NCBI RefSeq assembly: GCF_000148385.1 | Contig: NC_014537.1 | Coordinates: 1,050,001 to 1,082,000, forward strand | DNA length: 32,000 bases | Source of the DNA: Vulcanisaeta distributa DSM 14429 | GTDB taxonomy: Archaea; Thermoproteota; Thermoprotei; Thermoproteales; Thermocladiaceae | Direction: 5' to 3' | Shown here: positions 26,236 through 32,000 of the stretch, piece by piece | Layout: every line of letters starts with the position of its first letter | Position numbering within the stretch: position 1 is the first letter of the stretch | Made by a program: the position numbers and the translations under genes | Notes under the pieces: generated by a model | Database searches by the model: none | Seen by the model: the letters and a program-made list of their open reading frames with translations, nothing else | What the model was told of the DNA's origin: nothing

Positions 26236-26248
26236 GGCTTTAAAAACG
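26236..26248 (+). promoter_or_regulatory. TATA-like box (GGCTTTAAAAACG)
   Basis: Centred about 26 nt upstream of ATG 26267. Confidence 0.4.
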
Positions 26249-26266
26249 GCGTGAGGTGTTTTGGCG

Positions 26267-27163
26267 ATGAGAAGGGTATTCGTGGTAACCGTATTAGCGA
26301 TTATTGTGCTTATAATTGCCATAATAATTGCTGTATCAAGATTAGGAGGTCAATCCTCATCGTCCATGAATTACATTAATGACCTCAGGGAATTACTAAT
26401 CAACGGTTCATTCACTGCGATGTACTATGAAAATGCCACTTACGTCACGATAGGGAGCAATATGCGTTATGAGACTAATGAGCATTTAATTGACTATATG
26501 AGTATAGGCTTCATAAATGGAAGTAGGGCATTTGTACGCATAATTAATGTGGTAAATATCACAAACCCACTATACACTACCCCAATCGTTCAGGGATTTG
26601 CCTATTGGATAAGTGCGCCCGAGGAATTGTGTATGGCAAATTATATAGTAATGTATAGTGGACGAAACGGCGCCATTATCGACTGCTTAACCCAGGTAAA
26701 ACCAAACGCAAGCGCCTTATTACTCACGTACTTACCATTTAATGAGTTTTTAGGAAATTATGCGTTAAATATGAGTTATGGGTCAGGATACCTAAACCAA
26801 TACAATGAAAGTTACGCAGAAGTTATTCATATTAAGTATATAAATGAATCAAGTTGGCATGGAGAGACCACTTACTGCTACAATGTAACTACCATGACTA
26901 AGACAATAATGATAAATGAATTATTACCCAAGGCAAACTATACGACACTTGAGAATACCACAGAAATAATTTGCCTACTACCAAACGGCATAGCAACGAC
27001 ACAGGTAATCCATGACACGTCAATAACGTTAATAAATGGAAATGAAATGGCCAAGGTAATCAGTGTGGCGGATAGGCAATTAATGAATTATACGTTAAAT
27101 TACTTTAACACAACCGCATTTAATGAATTAATCTCAATGGCGAAAAGCCAGAAAAGTAGTTAA
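26267..27163 (+). CDS. membrane-anchored, heavily sequon-decorated hypothetical surface protein
   Basis: Has an N-terminal anchor (VFVVTVLAIIVLIIAIIIAV) followed by more than ten NxS/T sequons. The gene is visibly more AT-rich than the core genes and is flanked by ORF-free DNA on both sides. Confidence 0.55.
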   Translation: MRRVFVVTVLAIIVLIIAIIIAVSRLGGQSSSSMNYINDLRELLINGSFTAMYYENATYVTIGSNMRYETNEHLIDYMSIGFINGSRAFVRIINVVNITNPLYTTPIVQGFAYWISAPEELCMANYIVMYSGRNGAIIDCLTQVKPNASALLLTYLPFNEFLGNYALNMSYGSGYLNQYNESYAEVIHIKYINESSWHGETTYCYNVTTMTKTIMINELLPKANYTTLENTTEIICLLPNGIATTQVIHDTSITLINGNEMAKVISVADRQLMNYTLNYFNTTAFNELISMAKSQKSS

Positions 27164-27981
27164 CCGTGTCGTATGATGGGTTTCGATTAATGGTAAGAAC
27201 AATGCCGAGGCAACATACTTAGTAACTCCCTATGAAATTAACGTGGTATGAATATTCAATATTCAATTATTACCACTTATTTAATTGCCTTTAATGTCAC
27301 CACCCTTGCCGATCAACCTGGCGCACTTAAGGATACTGAACTGCAGAATGGTGCATTAATGTTTACTCCATTAACCCACGACCCACTCGGCGCATTTATC
27401 CGTGTTCCCGAAAACCAGAAACCCACATTATTCGGGCTCACCAGCACGCCTAAAGACGTCGTCATGACACCTATCTCCCAATCTATGTTCGCCCAATACT
27501 GTTGTTTGGTGTGTTTGTTATTTGGTTTGTGGTTGTTGGTTTGATTAGTGATTGGTTTATGCCTGCGTTGATTAATCCCTGAATGAGTGTTGCCGGCCCA
27601 ACAACGTAGATAGTCACGTTAATGCCCATTGGTGCTAGCTCGTTTACGGTACTAAGGCTTGCCTGACCCACCTGACCAACGACCTCACCCCCAACCTACT
27701 AACCACGCGGAAAGCAAAGACCAAGAAAAGAACAACGACAGCAACAACCAAAACCACCAATAACCATTTTATCCTTGAACCCATAACAATTAAATCTCCT
27801 ATTTCACAGGACTTTCTTAACTTCGAGTGTTCAGAAAAAATGAGTCGAGCGGGTTGATAATAGTTTTACTTTTATTTTGTTGTTTCCTTTTTCCTTTAGT
27901 GTTGATGATGTTTATATATAATGTTCTTAGGCTTAAACTTTATTAATAGTATTAATTAGTAGTTCTATTTGGGGTAAGTCT

Positions 27982-29448
27982 ATGGTTGAGAAGATTTTGA
28001 ATTACATAAATGGTGAATTCACGCCTCCTTCCGCTGGGGAGTTTAGGGTTAAGAGAAGCCCTATTGATGATTCACCACTGGCTGAGGTTCCCGTCAGCGG
28101 TAGAGATGATGCTAAGGCAGCCATCGACGCCGCCTATGATGCTTTGAGGAGCTGGTCAAGGTTAACGGCAATTAAGAGGGCTGAATACCTCTACAGGATT
28201 CATGAGGAGTTCGTTAAAATGGAGGACGAGTTCATTAGGGTGTTGATTGAGGAGGGTGGGGGTATTTATAAGAAGGCTTGGGGTGAGGTTGTATTTACTG
28301 AAAGGTTGATCTTAAACGCCGCTGAAATGGCTAGGCACATCGAGGGTAAGACCCTAAACTCTGATAGCGAGGCCACGGTGTCCATGGTATTTAAGAAACC
28401 AAAGGGTGTTGTTGGTGTAATAACCCCGTGGAATTACCCCCTATCCATATCCATGAAGAAGATTGCCCATGCCCTGGCCTCGGGGAACACGGTTGTCTAC
28501 AAACCCGCCAGCGACACGCCCATAACAGGTTACTTAATAGCTCAACTTGCGCATAAGGCTGGTTTACCCAAGGGTGTTCTTAACGTGGTCTTTGGGCCCG
28601 GTGGTGTTGTTGGTGATGAGATTGTCGTAAATAAGAAGGCCACGCACATAACCTTCACAGGCGAGTCGGCCACTGGCAAGGAGATCGCGTCAAAGGCAGG
28701 TGGCGCTCTAAAGACTGTTACCCTCGAACTCGGTGGTAGTGACCCATTAATAATATTGGACGACGCCGATCCTGACTACGCTGCTAGGCTGGCTGTATTT
28801 GCTGCGTTCTTCCATCAGGGTCAGATATGTACATCGGCTAAGAGGATAATCGTGCATAGGGGGATAGCCGATAAGTTCATACAGAGGTTTGTTGAGTATA
28901 CGAAGATGCTTAGGATAGGTGACCCGAGGGTTGATAAGAACGTTGACCAGGGCCCATTGATTAATAGAAACCAGGTTGAGACAATGCGGGGCTTTCTAAA
29001 AGATGCACTTGATAAGGGGGCTAAGGTATTAACTGGTGGTGAGGTTAATGGAAACTACTTCACACCAACGATATTAATAAACGTGGACCTGAACATGAGG
29101 GTTATGAAGGAGGAGGTTTTCGGCCCCATCAGGCCGGTGGTGGTTGTGGATAATGATGAGGAGGCAATTGAGATTGCTAATAGTACAGACTACGGCTTAA
29201 GCGGTGCGGTCATAACTAGGGATATTAACAGGGCCATGTACATTGCCGAAAACGTGGAGTCCGGAATGTTCCACATAAATGATGTGACCTTCCTCGAGGA
29301 GAGCCATGTACCTTTTGGTGGAATCAAGGCATCAGGCTTCGGTAGGGAGGGCGGTGAGTATTCATTCCACGAAAACACATACGATAGGTGGCTCACGATA
29401 ACCCTAAGGACCAGGAGATTCCCAATACCATCAGCTTTAAAGGGTTAG
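27982..29448 (+). CDS. NAD(P)+-dependent aldehyde dehydrogenase family protein
   Basis: Contains ITPWNYP, VTLELGGSDP (catalytic Glu region), FFHQGQICTSAKR (catalytic Cys) and EEVFGP. The substrate cannot be assigned from sequence alone. Confidence 0.85.
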   Translation: MVEKILNYINGEFTPPSAGEFRVKRSPIDDSPLAEVPVSGRDDAKAAIDAAYDALRSWSRLTAIKRAEYLYRIHEEFVKMEDEFIRVLIEEGGGIYKKAWGEVVFTERLILNAAEMARHIEGKTLNSDSEATVSMVFKKPKGVVGVITPWNYPLSISMKKIAHALASGNTVVYKPASDTPITGYLIAQLAHKAGLPKGVLNVVFGPGGVVGDEIVVNKKATHITFTGESATGKEIASKAGGALKTVTLELGGSDPLIILDDADPDYAARLAVFAAFFHQGQICTSAKRIIVHRGIADKFIQRFVEYTKMLRIGDPRVDKNVDQGPLINRNQVETMRGFLKDALDKGAKVLTGGEVNGNYFTPTILINVDLNMRVMKEEVFGPIRPVVVVDNDEEAIEIANSTDYGLSGAVITRDINRAMYIAENVESGMFHINDVTFLEESHVPFGGIKASGFGREGGEYSFHENTYDRWLTITLRTRRFPIPSALKG

Positions 29449-30026
29449 GTTATTTTGAGTTTGCCCGCTTTATCCCCCTAAAGAACCACAGTCCTTAACA
29501 CCCTTACCTGTAGCTCCATTAGCTTTCTTCGTATACTGATAGCCAATTACTTAGGATGTTAATGATATAATCAAAGGGTGTAACTGAATTGTTTAATAAT
29601 GCGTTTTTAGTCTCTTGATCCTCATAAGGAGTTCGTTAATTAACCTCAAAGTTTCATTAATGATCTTAGGATCATTAATCTCCCCACCGCACTGTAGTTT
29701 TCTTACGCCCTTCATTTTCTTACCCAACAGATCTTCAAACCTTTAAGAGCCATAATACATCCATAAGCCTATTTCTCACCCTGACTAATAAGTTACATTC
29801 AGTTTAGTGATGAAAAAGCATTAGTAATCAATTGAAATAAAATAGAGAAAATTAAAGAATAACTTGATTAAACAAGCTAATAGAATGACGTAGAATTAGA
29901 TAACGAGTTAATATACAGCATAGTAATAAGTAATTATTATAGGACCACCTAGAACTCCTTAATAATGAAGAAAAATAATGAGACAGACAAGCAAGAATGA
30001 TAATTAAATAATTTATTTTCATTGAT

Positions 30027-30136
30027 TGGTGCCCCGGCCGGGACTTGAACTTTCCCCGTACGCTCACTCACGTGAGCGTACGACCGGGACCTACCGGTCT
30101 TCAGCCGGTCGCTCTCCCAGGCTGAGCTACCGGGGC
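30027..30136 (-). tRNA. tRNA-Phe (anticodon GAA) with a 33-nt non-canonical intron in the T-arm and genomically encoded CCA
   Basis: The minus-strand read is GCCCCGG TA GCTC AGCCTGGGA GAGC G ACCGG CTGAAGA CCGGT AGGTC CCGG[intron]G TTCAAGT CCCGG CCGGGGC A CCA. The acceptor, D, anticodon and T stems all pair once 30051-30083 is removed. Confidence 0.85.
30051..30083 (-). other. tRNA intron (UCGUACGCUCACGUGAGUGAGCGUACGGGGAAA) interrupting the 5' strand of the T-stem
   Basis: The boundaries were inferred by restoring the CCGGG/CCCGG T-stem. The intron contains a perfect 11-bp hairpin, CGUACGCUCAC-GUGA-GUGAGCGUACG. I did not verify a bulge-helix-bulge geometry. Confidence 0.6.
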
Positions 30137-30156
30137 TGGTTTTAGTTCTTCGTCGG

Positions 30157-30166
30157 AAATTTAAGT
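30157..30166 (-). promoter_or_regulatory. TATA-like box (ACTTAAATTT on the minus strand) upstream of tRNA-Phe
   Basis: Centred about 26 nt upstream of tRNA position 1 (30136). Confidence 0.5.
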
Positions 30167-30748
30167 TTTTTGCCTTGTAATGTTGTCCTAACCCGGTATT
30201 TGGGTATGGTCTCGGTTATTTTTCCGTTAGTATACTTACTCTCTTATGTTTTTGATTGATTTCATCATGCCTATTAATGTGTCCTTATCATTCCTATGCA
30301 TGGGCGATGTACTCTCTGGTCTGTTGTTGGTTGATGCCTGTGTGGCCCTGGTGCTAGCGGTGTGCCTGTTTGAGTATTGTTCTTTGATTGTTTTCTAAGC
30401 TTAAGCCCTGGGTCTTTCATACTTAGAATGCATCACTTGCTGGACCCTTATGAGATCCAGCGTGGTGAATTTCTCGGTGGGCTTAGTCTCGTTTTATCTC
30501 TTTCACTTTCCTTAGTTTATTGAGTCTATCGGGCTTAGTCGTTAGTCATGTTGTTTTCATGGTCAAACCTTAAATACTTGCCCTGGCGTACTTATTGTGG
30601 TGATTTGGATCTCGAGTGCTGAGTTTGTGATGAGGGCTCGCAAAGATGATTAATAGCTTTACTTAGCTACTTATTGCGTAATTTCACGAAATACCTGGAA
30701 AGTAGTGCGTATTAAAGATTAAAGAGAAGATATTCGTGCACTGGTCAC

Positions 30749-31477
30749 TTACCTGCCCGCTGGGGTTGGCTGTGTGGCTAGTCCGTACTGCAGTGCTCTC
30801 CTGTTTATCCACACGGCGAGCATGGTCATTGGCACTAGGCTTAGTTTGACCGTTAATTGTGAAGCCATCAGTAGCCAGATGTTTGGTACGATGCCGTAGA
30901 AGGCGGTTGGTATGAAGACCAGGGTGTCTATGGTCATTGCCACCGGGTCTGAGTAACCAACCCTCCTAAGTACGCCACCCCTTAACCTACTCACGAGGAA
31001 TACGTCGTAGGTCTCGGAGATTAGGAACGCCGTTATTGAGGCAATGGCAATCCTCGCCGATGTACCCATGATACTCGCGAAGGCGCCCTGTAACCCCTGC
31101 CAGAAGGGTGCGGGTGGGTATGCAATGACCAGCCAGTTTATGATGAACACGAGTGCCTGTAAGTAGGCGGCAATCCTAACAACCCAATAACCAACCCTCC
31201 TACCATACCTAAGCGTTAGGAAGTCGAGCATTGCAACGCTGGCGCTATACGTGAATACACCCATGGGTATTACCATAGGACCCACGAACGCGCCAATCTT
31301 CGATGCCGTGTATTGACTAATCGTGAGGAGGAGCATGTAGTTCATGGCAGCCACAGGGAGCAATAGATCATCCCTACCAAACCTATGCAATAGCCACAAC
31401 ACGCCTGCAACGGCTATGTACGTTATTAAGGCGTAGCTGTAGAGTTCAGGCAGGCTTACCAGGTTATTCAATATCAT
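30749..31477 (-). CDS. YhhQ/VUT-family (DUF165) queuosine/archaeosine-precursor transporter
   Basis: FTYSASVAMLDFLTLRYGRR, ARIAIASITAFLISETYDVFLVSRLR and DTLVFIPTAF align by eye with E. coli YhhQ blocks (FSFPFIFLATDLTVRIFG; ARIATASFMAYALGQILDVHVFNRLR; DTLAFFFIAF). The ORF track starts at TTG 31519. ATG 31477 is preferred because a TTTAATA box lies about 26 nt upstream on the minus strand. Confidence 0.7.
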   Translation of the reverse strand: MILNNLVSLPELYSYALITYIAVAGVLWLLHRFGRDDLLLPVAAMNYMLLLTISQYTASKIGAFVGPMVIPMGVFTYSASVAMLDFLTLRYGRRVGYWVVRIAAYLQALVFIINWLVIAYPPAPFWQGLQGAFASIMGTSARIAIASITAFLISETYDVFLVSRLRGGVLRRVGYSDPVAMTIDTLVFIPTAFYGIVPNIWLLMASQLTVKLSLVPMTMLAVWINRRALQYGLATQPTPAGR

Positions 31478-31652
31478 ACAGGTTATTCCTGACTGGCAGG
31501 TATTAAAGCAATACCACAATGCGCCAGGTTAGGTGCGTTGTTGGGTATGTTTTATTAGGAATTGATCGATTAACCTTATCACGATAATACGACATTAACT
31601 AATGCCGAGATAAACGCCTTTATACCTGTGGGGGTAATTTATTGATTAATTA

Positions 31653-31847
31653 ATGGAGTCCGTGGTTGGCCCGGTCATTGACAAGGCATTGGATGCCGTG
31701 ATGAAGAAGGTGGAGAGTGGCAAGAAGTTAACTACTGAGGACTTAGTCGTATTAATGCTTGGCATGTTTAGGGAGACCAACAGGAGGATTGATGACTTGA
31801 ATAGGAAGGTTGATACATTATTTGAAGCGTTCAATAAAAGGGGTTGA
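31653..31847 (+). CDS. coiled-coil KID-repeat protein, N-terminal part (stops at a G4 run)
   Basis: TTEDLVVLMLGMFRETNRRIDDLNRKVDTLFEAFNKR parallels SREDAELILTYAMMSKLDDLGKKIDGL of 17240..17656. Confidence 0.55.
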   Translation: MESVVGPVIDKALDAVMKKVESGKKLTTEDLVVLMLGMFRETNRRIDDLNRKVDTLFEAFNKRG

Positions 31848-32000
31848 TGCGCTTGAGAATGAGATTAATGGGAGGTTTAATGCGTATGATGAGAAGATAG
31901 CCCTGCTCGATAAGAAGATTGATGATAAGTTTGCAGAGCTTGACAAGAAAATAGATGAGAAATTCACCATACTAGATAGGAAAATTGATGAGAAGGTTAA
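31843..32000 (+). CDS. continuation of the KID-repeat coiled coil in the +1 frame; 3' end lies outside the window
   Basis: My own translation of the +1 frame is VDALENEINGRFNAYDEKIALLDKKIDDKFAELDKKIDEKFTILDRKIDEKV..., open to the window edge. Removing one G from AAAAGGGGTT joins it seamlessly to the upstream ORF (..FNKR-VDALE..). Confidence 0.45.
31906..32000 (+). repeat. 33-nt (hendecad-coding) tandem units LDKKIDDKFAE / LDKKIDEKFTI / LDRKIDEKV..
   Basis: CTCGATAAGAAGATTGATGATAAGTTTGCAGAG, CTTGACAAGAAAATAGATGAGAAATTCACCATA and CTAGATAGGAAAATTGATGAGAAGGTTAA (truncated by the window end). Confidence 0.75.

Noticed and set aside
27248-27671. Track ORFs 27248..27544(+) and 27483..27671(-) as real genes
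   Set aside because: They overlap each other and have no promoter-like box at the expected spacing and no motifs. They are better explained as fragments in a decayed region, as described in the finding on 25852-27981.
27517-27765. Apparent inverted repeat: GT-rich arm (GTTATTTGGTTTGTGGTTGTTGG, about 27517-27540) versus AC-rich arm (reverse complement GTTATTGGTGGTTTTGGTTGTTGC, about 27743-27765)
   Set aside because: The match is imperfect and needs a gap. Both arms are low-complexity (GGTT)n-like sequence that also encodes hydrophobic or Thr/Asn-rich peptides, so the similarity is probably compositional rather than a true terminal inverted repeat.
29190-29396. Track ORF 29190..29396(-)
   Set aside because: It is antisense to the aldehyde dehydrogenase gene.
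29852-30067. Track ORF 29852..30067(-)
   Set aside because: It overlaps the 3' part of tRNA-Phe and runs through extremely AT-rich DNA. The translation is not protein-like.
30200-30270. Perfect C-box ATGATGA on the minus strand near 30263-30269, and GTGATGA on the plus strand near 30627
   Set aside because: No CUGA D or D' box lies at the appropriate distance downstream of either, so these are not supported as C/D sRNAs.
29449-30748. Direct repeat of the tRNA-Phe 3' half (att site) that would delimit an integrated element
   Set aside because: I could not find a second copy of the CCGGCCGGGACTTGAAC-type sequence anywhere in the window. An integrated element is therefore not demonstrated, and only a possible scar is suggested.
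31646-31834. Track ORF 31646..31834(-)
   Set aside because: It is antisense to the KID-repeat gene, which has a paralog supporting the plus-strand reading.
1-32000. CRISPR arrays, rRNA genes, IS elements, transposases and integrases
   Set aside because: I saw no regularly spaced direct repeats, no rRNA-like conserved stretches and no ORF with transposase or integrase motifs. The only tandem repeats are the coding heptad/hendecad repeats.

Overview
The window reads as gene-dense chromosome from a thermophilic crenarchaeon, probably Thermoproteales-like. This is inferred from a tRNA with a non-canonical T-arm intron, TATA-like boxes about 26 nt upstream of start codons (leaderless mRNAs), HEPN/MNT modules, sequon-rich surface proteins and a class-III-signal pilin. 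Left to right: a truncated glycosidase-like gene; a tightly overlapped pyrimidine operon (pyrB-pyrI-pyrE-pyrD); an M50 protease; a possible thymidylate-synthase-fold protein; a membrane glycoprotein; a 2-hydroxyacid dehydrogenase; a stand-alone ribosomal protein uS14 gene missing from the ORF track; an EndoIII-type Fe-S-loop glycosylase-like gene followed by DUF711 and an SsMTAP-like nucleoside phosphorylase; and a minus-strand block of surface protein, membrane protein, fused HEPN-MNT and a 596-aa surface protein. These are followed by a Thg1-like gene, TenA, a coiled-coil KID-repeat protein, a pilin-like gene, an EamA transporter, a membrane protein plus MBL hydrolase, and a frameshifted paralog of the 596-aa surface protein. 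The rest of the window holds a 572-aa polytopic membrane protein with a PaREP1/HEPN-like tail, a canonical MNT+HEPN pair, a creatininase-family gene, an AT-rich gene-poor island, an aldehyde dehydrogenase, tRNA-Phe(GAA) flanked by about 600 bp of ORF-free DNA on each side, a YhhQ/VUT-type transporter and a second, frameshifted KID-repeat gene running off the end. I saw no CRISPR array, rRNA, transposase or integrase. The best candidate for something undescribed is a neighbourhood theme that occurs twice: a roughly 595-aa Tyr/Ser/Thr/Gly-rich surface protein, membrane protein(s) and a HEPN/MNT module. One copy carries an unusual HEPN-first HEPN-MNT fusion. The other carries a membrane protein with a HEPN-like cytoplasmic tail. 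All family assignments rest on motif recognition by eye and need HMM or structure searches.
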